A program made the translations under genes and the position numbers. The notes under the pieces are model-generated. The model was not told the origin of the DNA and did no database searches. It saw only the letters and a program-made list of their open reading frames with translations. 64,000 nucleotides of DNA from Octopus vulgaris (lineage: Eukaryota): contig OX597828.1 in the NCBI GenBank assembly GCA_951406725.2, forward strand, positions 1,860,001-1,924,000, written 5' to 3'. Shown here piece by piece: positions 1-13,616 of the stretch. Within the stretch, counting starts at the first letter, position 1; each line of letters starts with the position of its first letter.

Positions 1-729
1 TTCAGGTCTCTTTATAATCATTTTAATAAAGATAATGAATACAGTGAAATTATTAATCATAAATATTTCAGAGTTGGTCATAGTTTAACTCGCAATCTGT
101 TCATGATTATATCAACTATTAATGACAAAAAATTAGATGATTTCTACAGTCATAGAATCATTTATTACAATAATTCATCACAACACAAAAAAAATCTTCC
201 CAACCTAAATAATAATGCTAACAGCCATACATACGTTAATGATAGAAAGGAAATAACCCATATTAACTCCTCTCTTAACAATACTTTGAATAAATTTATA
301 CATAAAGATGTAAATGAACCCTGTGACTATAAAGTTAAAATTAATTGTAAATTTAAAGATGTATGTAAGAAAGATAACTTAGTCTACCAATGTATCGTTG
401 AATCTCAAGGAAAGAAATTCTATTTTATAGGGTCAAGAGAAAATAAAATTAAGATTAGGGTTGCTAACCATTTACAAAGCTTTAAAAATAGACATAAAAT
501 GAACTCTACTGGATTAAGTAAGTTCATATGGGAAATTTTAAAGGATAGCTTTGGATGTAATCTTAGAGAGAAAATTCTTAGTTTTGCTCATTCATATAAA
601 TTCTCAAACAAACAATGTGAGTTATGCACCGAAGAAGCATATAAAATCCTTACATCTACGAAGCATTTACTTAACCAAAGAAAAGAAAAAATCATCTTGT
701 GTTCACATAGCGAAATACGTTTTCTCTAA
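1..729 (+). mobile_element. Penelope-like element 3' fragment: Asn-rich linker plus GIY-YIG endonuclease
   Basis: ORF 103..729 has CKFKDVC..LVYQC..FYFIGSRENKIKIRVANHLQSF..STGLSKFIWE..CELCTEE..LLNQRKE..CSH, the typical PLE C-terminal GIY-YIG signature. Confidence 0.85.
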
Positions 730-1133
730 GTATAATTAAACTATATACGTATTATAAGGTAATATTAAACTATATAATATTCATATAACATCATCCAATA
801 TTTAGGAGGCATTTTACCTATTGATACAATAGTTTGAAATCAAGATTATTTTACCTATTGATATAATAGATTGAAATCAATATGTACCCATTTATTAGAA
901 GAATTTCCTTAATCCATTTGACCATAAACTCTGCTAATATAATTCGCTTTTTCTATCTTTATATCTAACTGAATATGTTCGATTATATCTCTTATAATAC
1001 ATACTATATTCAGTTTTATTACCTTACATAAAAAAATTTTAAATTCTAATTAATAATAATTATTAATAAATTTATAGAGATTAACTTAATCATTATGAAT
1101 CGAATATGTTTCGTAACTATTTCTATAACTGTG

Positions 1134-1207
1134 CGTCATCATAATTGGTGTTGATAGAAAATTTACAGAATATTCTCAATGCATAATCAACACCAATTAT
1201 GATGACG
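1134..1207. repeat. 22-bp perfect inverted repeat in PLE tail
   Basis: cgtcatcataattggtgttgat (1134-1155) / atcaacaccaattatgatgacg (1186-1207). Confidence 0.9.
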
Positions 1208-1520
1208 TAATGCACAAATCTTTATCTATTGCTAATGTAAACAAATAATGTATATTCACTGTGATTGTTATATGAGAAATACATACCTATGTGCTATCAT
1301 TACACACGCACACACATACACAAAACACACACATGCACACACACACAGACCAGCGCGCACGCATATACCCCCCCACATATCTCCTTCTCTTGCACTCTCC
1401 TGTCTTTGAAAGAACTTTTTCTTCACACATTCCCTTCCGGTCATTCAATATGTGACCGCGTGTGTATCGTTGGCGATTTTTTCCTCCGTCTTCCCTTCCT
1501 TGGATCTTTCCTTTTCCTGA

Positions 1521-1555
1521 GTTTCTGACGAAGAGCTCTGCTCGAAACGTTAAAT
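1521..1555 (+). ncRNA. Minimal type I hammerhead ribozyme motif
   Basis: ttt-CTGACGA-a-GAGC-tct-GCTC-GAAAC-GTT-aaa; palindromic AACGTT at stem III. Confidence 0.65.
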
Positions 1556-1653
1556 CCTCCTTCTTTCTTTCCTTTCCTGAGCGTCCAATAAGACTATACT
1601 TGTTCCACGTCCTCGCGTTGTTGTGCTTTCTCTTAGTGTTTTCATGTTTGGAT

Positions 1654-1702
<49 letters not shown>

Positions 1703-1747
1703 GAGACGAACTGTCGAGATGTTGTTAATCCCTTTATATCATGAAGT

Positions 1748-1831
1748 CCTCTACATACATTTCGACGAGTGCACTCCAATATGTCTGGCAGGATAAATAA
1801 TGGTCAGTAGTGCACCACTCTCTTCAGGAGG
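1748..1831 (-). ncRNA. Type I hammerhead ribozyme motif with extended stem II
   Basis: Minus strand: cctc-CTGAAGA-gagtggtgcact-(loop)-agtgcactcgtc-GAAAT-gtat-GTA-gagg. Confidence 0.7.
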
Positions 1832-2978
1832 TTTATGATAACAAGCTCTTAAAAAAATTGTTAACCGAAAAAGAAAGTCCTACAAAATGTAACGCATATA
1901 TATTTATATGGACACAGGCGTCCACACTCAGACATGTGACGTGTAAATATAAACATTATATTCATACGAAAATACAAACGTATACAAACACATACATTCA
2001 CACTCATCAAAATACAAACACTTATACATATACATTTATACATACATATATATTAATATATATGAATATAAGATATATATACATATACATATACACACAT
2101 ACATGCATTCATATTCTGAGATATATTCACACACATATGCATATATATCTCTACACATATACTTGTACATATTCATGCGGTAACGACTTTGAATCAAATT
2201 TATATGAGATATACGCTAACGTTCACGTATTAATACTCATAAACAAACTATCACTGATATACTCAAGAGTATACGCATCCCAAAACATCAATAGACCCCA
2301 ACACATAATTGTATACACATACACACATTTACTTAAGCACATCAAGATTACGTTCATTCACAAAATATTTACATACGAACAATGGACGCCTGGAATTTAG
2401 AATGACATTGCCAGAACAAACTCGACTTTGTGAGAGAATGAAGTGAAGTATAGAAAGATCGGGAGGGGGAAGGAGAGGAAGGGAAAGCCTGAAGAAAGAG
2501 AAAAAGAAACAAGAGAAACTTTGGATAAATTATTATTAGGTAATGGAAAGAATTTGATTGAAAGAGCTAAAAGAAATGCGGAACCAGATACCTAAACTTA
2601 CTATAACTCTCATAAGCATGTTTTACAGTACTTTAACGTTCATGCACATATTGGAGAGAATGCACCTCCCAAAACATTGACGAACATTAACACACTACAA
2701 TACACCCATACTCACACTTATAAGCACATATACAATTGTGCACACTGATAAACAAGAAAAAAGTTAATAAAAATTAGACATTAAGAAAAATAAGACTGAG
2801 GGATATGGTAAAGAAGTTTGCATTAAATATTACTAGGTTTCGGGTGGATATTATTTCAAATTACTGAACGTGTACTTTGTCCAATGGATGCATTTGAAAA
2901 TTTTTAGCTACCTTGTAATTGTTCCCTTGGATTTCTCCTATAACTTTTACTCCATATATATATATATATATATATATG

Positions 2979-3069
<91 letters not shown>

Positions 3070-3229
3070 GGAGTAAACACATAAATGTGAAACAAGGTGG
3101 AAAAAAGAGTACTCAAATACCAGTGGTAGAGTAATATGCTTTATTTAAAGCAGCAGAAAATTCTACAAAACCTGTTACTCTCAGTAACAGGTTTTGCTTT
3201 GTAATTTTATATATATATTTAAATATAAA

Positions 3230-3275
<46 letters not shown>

Positions 3276-3330
3276 TTTATCATTATTAAAGTGGCAAAAA
3301 CATCACAACAATATCACAATAAACTGCTTC

Positions 3331-3381
3331 TCAAAGTTTCACGTTCACATTCGTCAAACGAACGGGAACGGGAAACTCTGA
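3331..3381. repeat. Head-to-head inverted pair of HHR-core fragments at the 5' junction of a PLE
   Basis: Reverse complement of 3331-3354 (acgaatgtgaacgtgaaactttga) matches 3358-3381 (acgaacgggaacgggaaactctga) at 20/24; pattern (C)TGACGA-ACG-ggaa-CGT-GAAAC-TCTGA; related hairpin caaaacctgttact/agtaacaggttttg at 3166-3196. Confidence 0.65.
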
Positions 3382-3384
3382 ACT

Positions 3385-4285
3385 CTGGCTAGAAATTGTG
3401 AAAAATAAAACCCAAATCCTTCATTCATACTATGCAAAACCTATGGCCTCAAAATACCTGATCCACCGGAACTCAGCCATTGCGGGCAATGCCAAATTCA
3501 ATATTTTGATGGCAGACCTCGTCAGAATAATGAGAAATGTGTCAGGCATGTGCGAGCCTACAGAATTAAAGAGACACATACAGTATTTCATTCACCGCAT
3601 GCAGTTCTCAGGTTACAGCCATAAAGAAAGGATCAGAGTATACAAAGGAGCCATGAAGAAATTTGATAATATATTATGTAATGATAGAAAGGACAAAAAA
3701 GAAAATAGGGAAGGCCAACTCTTGGTATGATAGCCATAAATAGCAGAGTGTCTTGTTCGTTGACACCACCCCTGGAGGTGAACTGGCGTACCGCTTTAGA
3801 TGACCCTAGATAAACTTAAACTAAGAATTAAGGTTGTTGAAAAGTCAGGCAACCCTATCAAATCTATAATTGGTAGAACCTATCCTTTTAGTAGAACCCT
3901 CTGTACGGATAACTATTGCACTGTATGTAGATTTAGCCCACAAACAAACTGTAAAGCCATAAATGTAGTCTATAGTATAAGATGTATAGAGGGACGATGC
4001 AGTAACAAGACAGTAACATACATAGGGGAAACAGCAAGAAGCATAGGAGAGCGGGTGAATGAACATTGGAGACAACTCAAGGAAGGTAAAAGCTCATCGA
4101 TTCTGTACCAACACGCCGAACAGGAACACAGGGGATCAATCAATAACATAGAGATTAAGATATTGTCCACACATAGAACAGATGCAACAATTAGACAAAT
4201 TACAGAAGCTACACATATAATAGAAAATAAACCTAGCCTGAATAGAAAACTAGAATGGAGCAATAGCACACACCACAACATATGA
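3385..4285 (+). mobile_element. 5'-truncated Penelope-like element: RT C-terminal region plus GIY-YIG endonuclease, frameshifted
   Basis: YYAKPMASKYLIHRNSA..LVRIMRNVS..RMQFSGY (3398..3730), then [49 protein letters not shown] (3800..4285). Confidence 0.88.
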
Positions 4286-4381
4286 CGATAGAGGATCCCG
4301 AAAACATAATAAATACACAGATAAATAAGCAAATAGAAATGAATAACTATATATATGTATATATATCTATGTATGTATATG

Positions 4382-4446
<65 letters not shown>

Positions 4447-4810
4447 GTGTATATATGTGTGTATGTGTATATATATATATATTTTTTTTTTTTTCGATTA
4501 GATTTATTATTATTATTATTACTAATATTGTTGTTATACATACATACAAGCATATGTAATGATAATAATGGGTGGATGTAAACACATGAACAAAATTAGA
4601 ACAAAAGCAACAACAACAAAAACAAAATACAAATTACATGAATGTATATAAACAGAAGATACAAATATTACAGGCATCCCCCCACACACACACTAAATAA
4701 ACATAGACGCACATAGAGATATAAGCATGCGCAAATGAAGACATACAATAGAAATACAAAATGGCTGACGGTTAGTAAGGAGAGACACAAATAAGTGAGA
4801 AGAAAACAAA

Positions 4811-4855
4811 GGACCACTGATGCGGTCACAGGAGTGTGACGAAAGAACTCTGGCC
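4811..4855 (+). ncRNA. Hammerhead motif with core substitution (CTGATGC)
   Basis: ggacca-CTGATGC-g-GTCACA-ggag-TGTGAC-GAAAG-aa-CTC-tggcc; intact-core homolog at 57488. Confidence 0.6.
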
Positions 4856-5373
4856 GAAATAAGATTAAGATTAATGTAAAAAATAAATATTACTGAAGCA
4901 AAATAACACCAAATATATAGTGCGTGTGTTTTTATTGGCTAAACTGGCAATATGACCATTCCTAAATATAACAATATCTGTTTCAACACACGACTTCACA
5001 TAAAAAATCTTGCACAACAAATATTTAAACGTATATATATATATATATATATATATAATAGCACCAGAGTGAGAGGTGAAGGCAGAGGAGATGAATGGTA
5101 AAGAGAACGTCGTATGAATGAGAAAGGAAGGGGCGATAGATGAATAACGAAGGAATGAGTGAAAAAGCCGATAAACGGCGTTTGAAGTGGGAGTATATGT
5201 GTGTATGTGAGCTCGTGTACAAGAGAACTATGTGAAACTTTACATATACATGTAAAGTAAAGAAAATATTTTTTAAAAATCCAGAATTCTTGTCCGGTAC
5301 CGGATCGATCCTAAAATATAATCAGTTCGTGCCAGTCAGGAGGCCAAACATCCTTGGAAGTTTCATCCGAATA

Positions 5374-5900
5374 CATCCCTATTTGATGACTTTTCCGATG
5401 GCACGCAAGGGTCGATAAACGGTTGAATGACCAAATCCAAGCTTCCCTACTAGTTCCTCAACAGTTATGATAGGATTTTGTTCCACCAAGGTCTGCAGGA
5501 CGTGCTCATCGAGCTTTTCAGATCTTCCAGGACGAAGCTCATTTTTCTAAGCTGTAGTATCCGGCTCGGAGTATATGGAACCACTGTTGACACTGGCTTA
5601 AGCTTATTGTCCGATCTCCATACACTGCATTAATATTCCTCGCACTTTCCGTTGCGTTGTTCCCATTATTGAACTCATAAAGTAAAGTATGCCAAGTATA
5701 CTCCTTAGTCATTTCCATTATAGCTCTAAAAAAAGAACTATTAAAATCGAACTGCACTCTTCAAAACTTGCACTAAGAATAAGTCCACCGTATAATTACT
5801 ACCTGCTTTTATAGCAAGTTGATGCAGGGTTTTTATCCCATCCTCCTCCGATGTTTAGTTCATGCAATAGAAAAACCGCATTATTTAGGGGATGACCCAG
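5374..5900 (-). mobile_element. mariner 5' fragment (terminus plus Mos1-type HTH of transposase)
   Basis: MEMTKEYTWHTLLYEFNNGNNATESARNINAVYGDRTISLSQCQQWF..; terminus TA-CTGGGTCATCCCCTAAATAATGCGG. Confidence 0.85.
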
Positions 5901-6006
<106 letters not shown>

Positions 6007-6111
6007 CATATATATATATACGTATATATATGTATGTATACCTATGTATGTGTGTGCCTTTAGAATTCTTAATACGTCCAACTATAAATTGTATGTCGTT
6101 TTCCCCCTTCA

Positions 6112-6255
6112 TAATATTGATTTTAAATTTTGGCACCAGTTTAGCAATTTCAGGGAGGCAGTAAATCGATTACATCGATCCCAGTGCTCAACTTATGTTA
6201 TTGAACACAAAAAGTTAAAAGGCAAAGTCGATCTCGGCGGAATTAGAACTCGGAA
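6112..6255 (-). mobile_element. SINE fragment (family with gagttcaaattccgccgaggtcgactttgcctttcatcc core)
   Basis: Diverged match to copies at 39330 and 63436. Confidence 0.7.
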
Positions 6256-6845
6256 CAGAGTTTTCCGACCGTGAAAGCTCTCCTAGCGAGGTAAACAGCG
6301 TTGAAAACTTGCCAGAATAGATCCTAGTGAAAAGCACGGCACAATACTAAAATCAAAGAGATTAGAGAAGTAGACACAGAAACCAACAAACCATCACACA
6401 CCTACACACCCCACTCCAACGCAATTATAAACATTTCCAACGCTACGAACACTACCAAAATTAAAAACACCTCAACAAACACAAACACATAGCAACCCAG
6501 ACCAATAACATGAACAGCACTCCCAAAGCGTCACTAATTATACGGACATAGATACAAAAATAAGAACTTAATGAAAAATATTTAAAAATACATGGACAAC
6601 ACTCTAAATGAATACATCGCATCTCCGCATAACACCCGTATTGACGTAAAGATTATAAAGCAACGCAGCAAACTGACAACACAGATAAAATATTCCAAAA
6701 GAATCGAAGATTTCCTTGGGATTATAAACAAAAAGGTCTTCAAAGAAATGTTTGTGGAGACACCCACAAATATCAAGAAGGATAGAACATCTATCTCTCT
6801 ACAGAAATAGAATAAATGATTTTTTCATTCTTCTCTCAGACAAAC

Positions 6846-7326
6846 ACGGCCTTATTAAGAATAGGTAGTATAAATACACGTGACCTTGGGTCGCATTGGA
6901 AACAGGGTCATTTACTCAATAACCTTAGGCCATTAAATATAGATGTCAGGTCACTAAATATAGATGTCAGTGAAACCAGACTCAATGACCGACAAGCGTT
7001 CATCCCCATTTTTGGTAGAAACGGGATTTACTCATCTCCATGTCAACCGGGAATGTGGGTGAAACTGAGGTGTTATTCCAGAGAGGCCTCCAAAATGAGG
7101 ACTATCTTCCTGGACCCAGAAGGTAAGTTGGAGGTCTTGGATGTGAACAGTAGTGACGGGGGTTACTTCAGACTGGTGTCTGTTTATGTTCCGACGTCTG
7201 GAGGTTTTTCTGGGAACGTCTCGACATTTATTGACAGGAATGTCAACAGGAATGACGCATGTTTGGACTGCGTGGGGCTAGTTCTTAGAAGAGGTGGAGT
7301 GAGAAAACCTTACAAACCTACTGAGA
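6846..7326 (+). mobile_element. L1/Tx1-like LINE APE endonuclease fragment (duplicated copy)
   Basis: LRIGSINTRDL..NIDVSETRL..FRLVSVYVP. Confidence 0.75.
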
Positions 7327-7640
7327 TTATTATTATTACTAATATTGTTGTTATACATACATACAAGCATATGTAATGATAATAATGGGTGGATGTAAAC
7401 ACATGAACAAAATTAGAACAAAAGCAACAACAACAAAAAGTTTTCTCTAAAAAAATACAAATTACATGAATGTATATAAACAGAAGATACAAATATTACA
7501 GGCATCCCCCCCCACACACACACTAAATAAACATAGACGCACATAGAGATATAAGCATGCGCAAATGAAGACATACAATAGAAATACAAAATGGCTGACG
7601 GTTAGTAAGGAGAGACACAAATAAGTGAGAAGAAAACAAA

Positions 7641-7685
7641 GGACCACTGATGCGGTCACAGGAGTGTGACGAAAGAACTCTGGCC
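7641..7685 (+). ncRNA. Duplicate of the 4811 hammerhead motif
   Basis: Identical sequence inside the tandem duplication. Confidence 0.6.
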
Positions 7686-7860
7686 GAAATAAGATTAAGA
7701 TTAATGTAAAAAATAAATATTACTGAAGCAAAATAACACCAAATATATAGTGCGTGTGTTTTTATTGGCTAAACTGGCAATATGACCATTCCTAAATATA
7801 ACAATATCTGTTTCAACACACGACTTCACATAAAAAATCTTGCACAACAAATATTTAAAC

Positions 7861-7946
<86 letters not shown>

Positions 7947-8259
7947 GCGCCAGAGTGAGAGGTGAAGGCAGAGGAGATGAATGGTAAAGAGAACGTCGTA
8001 TGAATGAGAAAGGAAGGGGCGATAGATGAATAACGAAGGAATGAGTGAAAAAGCCGATAAACGGCGTTTGAAGTGGGAGTATATGTGTGTATGTGAGCTC
8101 GTGTACAAGAGAACTATGTGAAACTTTACATATACATGTAAAGTAAAGAAAATATTTTTTAAAAATCCAGAATTCTTGTCCGGTACCGGATCGATCCTAA
8201 AATATAATCAGTTCGTGCCAGTCAGGAGGCCAAACATCCTTGGAAGCTTCATCCGAATA

Positions 8260-8777
8260 CATCCCTATTTGATGACTTTTCCGAAGGGTCGATAAACGGT
8301 TGAATGACCAAATCCAAGCTTCCCTACTAGTTCCTCAACAGTTATGATAGGATTTTGTTCCACCAAGGTCTGCAGGACGTGCTCATCGAGCTTTTCAGAT
8401 CTTCCAGGACGAAGCTCATTTTTCTAAGCTGTAGTATCCGGCTCGGAGTATATGGAACCACTGTTGACACTGGCTTAAGCTTATTGTCCGATCTCCATAC
8501 ACTGCATTAATATTCCTCGCACTTTCCGTTGCGTTGTTCCCATTATTGAACTCATAAAGTAAAGTATGCCAAGTATACTCCTTAGTCATTTCCATTATAG
8601 CTCTAAAAAAAGAACTATTAAAATCGAACTGCACTCTTCAAAACTTGCACTAAGAATAAGTCCACCGTATAATTACTACCTGCTTTTATAGCAAGTTGAT
8701 GCAGGGTTTTTATCCCATCCTCCTCCGATGTTTAGTTCATGCAATAGAAAAACCGCATTATTTAGGGGATGACCCAG
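8260..8777 (-). mobile_element. mariner 5' fragment, duplicate copy
   Basis: ORF 8416..8634 is identical to 5539..5757. Confidence 0.85.
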
Positions 8778-8896
<119 letters not shown>

Positions 8897-8986
8897 TATA
8901 CATATATATATATACGTATATATAAGGTATGTACCCACAAATATCAAGAAGGATAGAACATCTATCTCTCTACAGAAATAGAATAA

Positions 8987-10395
8987 ATGATTTTTTCATT
9001 CTTCTCTCAGACAAACACGGCCTTATTAAGAATAGGTAGTATAAATACACGTGACCTTGGGTCGCATTGGAAACAGGGTCATTTACTCAATAACCTTAGG
9101 CCATTAAATATAGATGTCAGGTCACTAAATATAGATGTCAGTGAAACCAGACTCAATGACCGACAAGCGTTCATCCCCATTTTTGGTAGAAACGAGATTT
9201 ACTCATCTCCATGTCAACCGGGAATGTGGGTGAAACTGAGGTGTTATTCCAGAGAGGCCTCCAAAATGAGGACTATCTTCCTGGACCCAGAAGGTAAGTT
9301 GGAGGTCTTGGATGTGAACAGTAGTGACGGGGGTTACTTCAGACTGGTGTCTGTTTATGTTCCGACGTCTGGAGGTTTTTCTGGGAACGTCTCGACATTT
9401 AGTGACAGGAATGTCAACAGGAATGACGCATGTTTGGACTGCGTGGGGCTAGTTCTTAGAAGAGGTGGAGTGAGAAAACCTTACAAACCTACTGAGACTT
9501 TTTCAACTGGTGGCAGACAGTTAGACAGAGTATTGTGTAGGCCGAAGTATTCTGTAGAGTATTCTGTAGATAAAGATAGTATAAGTGGTCCACTTTTTAA
9601 AATCATCGGTTCCACAGACCACAGATTTATAATCTGCATGGTCGACTTAGACTTCGTAGGCAGGGACCCGGTTACTGGAAAATGAGCGCATCACACCCGG
9701 CATGTCCGGCTTACATAGACCGGATTAGCGTGTGTTGACGGGGTCAGTCGTCAACAATAAATGGTAGTTTTCTCTAAAAAGGGTAATTAGAGTAGAATCG
9801 ATTAGGTTTAGTAACGCATTAGCGATAGAAAGGAATAGAATAGAAAGGAAGTTAGAAACTTAGACGGGGTACATGGGAAAGGCATCACAACCGACGTGTT
9901 GGAGGCGAGATTGGTCGTGGATTAATTCTTCAACGCTAAGGATGCATTGTCAGAGCTAAGATGCGTGGTCTAAGAAATGCGTGCTTGACTGGCAAAGGTG
10001 CAACATGGCAGCAAAGCTACAGTTCGGTCCTTGATGTACCCAAATGGGCAAGGTACTCGAGCTGGAGAATATGTGTGCCACATTTCAACAGCACTTCGCC
10101 GAACTATTAGGGGTGCAGGATGGATGTCAGTGCCTACCTCGACGGCTTGCCACGACTCTCGGCAAGGAGGAGGGCGGAGTGTTGCGAAATGTTGATAACA
10201 GCAACGGAAATACGGGATGCAATGACGGGCTGTACGGGATGGAAAATCGCCTCGTTTAGATGGTCTGCCCTACGAGCTTTACTTTTATATGCTAAACTTG
10301 TCTGGCGGCCTCTTGGGAGATATCTATTGCAACTGCAGCAGAATAGGAGAGCTCCGTGTTCTGTGAGAAGGACCCAAACCAGGGGAATCAAATAG
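8987..10395 (+). mobile_element. Decayed L1/Tx1-like LINE ORF2 (APE endonuclease to start of RT)
   Basis: APE motifs SINTR, SETRL, VSVYVP, LDRVL, TDHR, PGYWK; later LITATEIRDAM and LDGLPYELY across frameshifts. Confidence 0.8.
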
Positions 10396-10398
10396 AGA

Positions 10399-10469
<71 letters not shown>

Positions 10470-10470
10470 G

Positions 10471-10556
<86 letters not shown>

Positions 10557-10562
10557 CATTAT
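10399..10562 (+). repeat. (TTA)n microsatellite
   Basis: Direct reading. Confidence 0.98.
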
Positions 10563-11105
10563 TGAGTGAGAGAGCAGTGCATGCCATCAAAGTGACACTG
10601 GGATAAAATAAGCCCAGTATACCCATCATGACTACCTGTCTGAGAAGGGTACACAAGGCACAAGCATCACAACCATATGTGCACGACATGGTGATCTCGT
10701 ATCAAGATAAACAGCGCATGACCTTGCAGGTGGGGCACAGTTAGAGTTTTCTTCTTGTTGAGTAGCCCATCCCGCTCAAAAGGTCCCTGAACAAGGATTG
10801 TTTAAGGATGTTGAACAAACCACCCATGTTTCCATAGGTGAATTATCCAAACCTCCAAAAATTCCTTTCAACACACAGCTATGATGCTCCCCCACTACTT
10901 CTGCTCATGATCAGAGATACACATATCGTCAGCCACTAAGGGGCATCTCAACTGGTTAAGGTCAAACAACCGATAAGCAAATCTGAGGTATTGAGCAGAA
11001 TATTAGCTGTAGCCCATCTTTTATACCAAGACAAAAGAATGTACATGATAACACTCCCAATCAGTTAAGATCAGCAGCCATGAGAGCCACTGCCTGGTAC
11101 TGCAT
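10563..11105. mobile_element. ORF-less ~540-bp interspersed element embedded in (TTA)n, probably a non-autonomous R4/Dong partner
   Basis: Higher-GC block flanked on both sides by (TTA)n and next to a Dong fragment; the Dong link is inference. Confidence 0.55.
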
Positions 11106-11270
<165 letters not shown>

Positions 11271-11570
11271 TCCTTTAGGTTCTTCTTTGGTTTGAGCTGT
11301 TTTTCTTATGCTGTTGTTTGTCTTTTCTACTGCCTGGTCTTTCTTTTTCAGTTCTCTTGTGATCTCTTCTACCTCCAATTTTGTCATCCACTTTCTTCTC
11401 CTAATAGCGTTAACTTGATCAACAAATCTCTACTCAGTCACTTTAAACATATCCTTCTCTACTTAAAGTGTTAACATCCGTTTTCTATAGCCCCTTCTTT
11501 TAGGTTCACTATCCTGTTTTCTTTGCTGGTCCACTTCCTCCTTCTTATTCAATTGTCTGCTGATGCTGTA
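11271..11570 (-). mobile_element. R4/Dong LINE N-terminal fragment
   Basis: Minus strand across frameshifts: KRRKWTSKENRIV..GYRKRML..MFKVTE.RFVDQVNAIRRRKWMTKLEVEEI. Confidence 0.72.
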
Positions 11571-12429
11571 TTAGGATAACAACTGCGGTCAGTCTGCATC
11601 TTTACTGAATCACTGCCGAGCGAGAGGCCTTCCCTTAATGGTCCACCTTCATTTTAGATATTACAACCAGAGTGCTTTTGAAAATCCTGTTCTTCTCATT
11701 AACTGAAGTAAGGTCACCAACGTCATCACCACTATTAGTTTTCGAAATCTGATAGTTTCAAGCAACTTTCTATTGCACAATTTGCTGCACCTTTGTGCTG
11801 GTAGTGTGGTGTGTGCTGCAATTTTTTGGGTGGGGAGGGATACCGCATCGTGTCAGTAGGTTTGGTATGGGGTTAGGTTTGAGTCTTCTCTTGTATTAGT
11901 TTTGTATTGTGTGTTGTTTGTGCAGCGCAGGTTGTGTTCTTCTATCGCGTATCAGCCTTCTGTGGCACATATGGGCTTTGTTAATTTTGTTTGGTATTTA
12001 CGGTATGTGTTTTTCCTGTATGATTTTGGAGGAGTGCTGTATTGTATTGTTTGTAAATCATAAATCAGCTATTCCATAGTATTTATGGTTATCTGTCTAC
12101 TGTTCTTTGTCGGTTTTGTTGTGGGTTCGTTTTTACAGCGTATCCTTTTTTAACTGAACATCGCTCATTGACATGTATTGATGTATCTTTCGTAGTTATA
12201 ATTATTATTGATGTATAAGCGGGAGACCGAGAAGAAAACAGCAATGTGCATACATACAGAGGTCTTGTATAGATATGGATGTATATGTAATTAAAATTTA
12301 AGAATTTACTCGCAGGATTGCAGGTTCTGTACAGAAACATTGCAGTGTTTACATTTTTACGCACATGTTGCTGTCTTCTTAATGTAAACCCTTGCGGTTA
12401 ACAAAGAAAGCATTATTACAACTAGTACT

Positions 12430-12576
12430 AAGGTGGCGAGCTGGCAGAATCGTTGGTACGCCAGGTAAAATTGTTTCGCGGCATTTCGTTTACCTTTAGA
12501 TTCTGAGTTCAAATGCCGCCGGGGTCGAATTTGCCTTTCATCCTTTCGCGTTCGATAAAATAAGTACCAGTTGAAC
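12430..12576 (+). mobile_element. tRNA-derived SINE
   Basis: aaggtggcgagctggcagaatcgttgg..gagttcaaat (B-box-like)..gcctttcatcctttcg..gataaaataagtaccagt; many copies in window. Confidence 0.85.
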
Positions 12577-12992
12577 ACATGCCATCCTTTCGGGTGTGTA
12601 AGTGTGTGTGTGTGTGTGTATGTGTGTGTGTGTGCTTAAACGTTTTCTACCCACTTTCATGCTTCTACACACCCTTAGTGAGTACATATCTGTAAGTGAA
12701 AACATGGGCATGTGTATCATGTGTGTGTATGTGTGTGCGTGTGCGCATGTGCGACCGCGTGCGTGCGTGCGTGTACTTTAAACTGTGTAGAGGTGTTTGT
12801 ATGTGTTCGAAATGGTGTATGAGTAAACATGCCTGCTAAATTCGCGTGTCTATGAGCGTGAATTGATGCGCGCGTGCGAGAGGGTTATACGTGCAAACAC
12901 TGACTTTTTGTTCGAAATTCACGAGTCTTCTTCTTCTTCTTCTTCTTCTTCTGTCTTTCCCCGTGCATACACACGCATACACACGCGCGCGC

Positions 12993-13034
<42 letters not shown>

Positions 13035-13044
13035 ACACACACAC

Positions 13045-13230
13045 ATTCTTTTTATCGTTTTATTTGTTTCAGACATTGGACTGCGGTCACACGGGAGCAC
13101 CGTCTTGAAGGAATTTAACTGAAAGAATCAGTCCCAGTACTTTTCTAAAGCCGAGTACTTACGTTATCGAATCTCCTGTCGAACCGATGTAGGACGGGGA
13201 CATAAACGAACCAACATAGGCTACAGACAC
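13045..13230 (-). mobile_element. Diverged 3' half of the 26282-type SINE
   Basis: Reverse-complement similarity to 26540-26697. Confidence 0.6.
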
Positions 13231-13559
13231 GTGTATACACACCTCGGGGAATACGGGCTATAAATTATTTTGTAAATGATTTTGGATGTCCTCTATGGTT
13301 GGTTTTAACCTTTCATTGACTGCTCTTCCTCTGATGTAAAACTTACTACGAGAGCATTTGCAAAACTAAAGGATAATAAGTAAATATATATTATTAACTT
13401 CCTATGCAAAAGGGATTTTGGACCCACTATTTTACATGCTATTATTTTTATCATATTATTATTTTATCATATTATTATTTTTTATCATCATTAGTTTTAT
13501 ATGTATTTCGAGATTCATTTCATGAAAACAAAGAAGTAAATTTATATGTATGTACATAA

Positions 13560-13616
<57 letters not shown>

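Noticed and set aside
5270-5375. Helitron/Helentron-like internal fragment (also 46490-46610)
   Set aside because: No diagnostic termini are visible, so the family cannot be supported.
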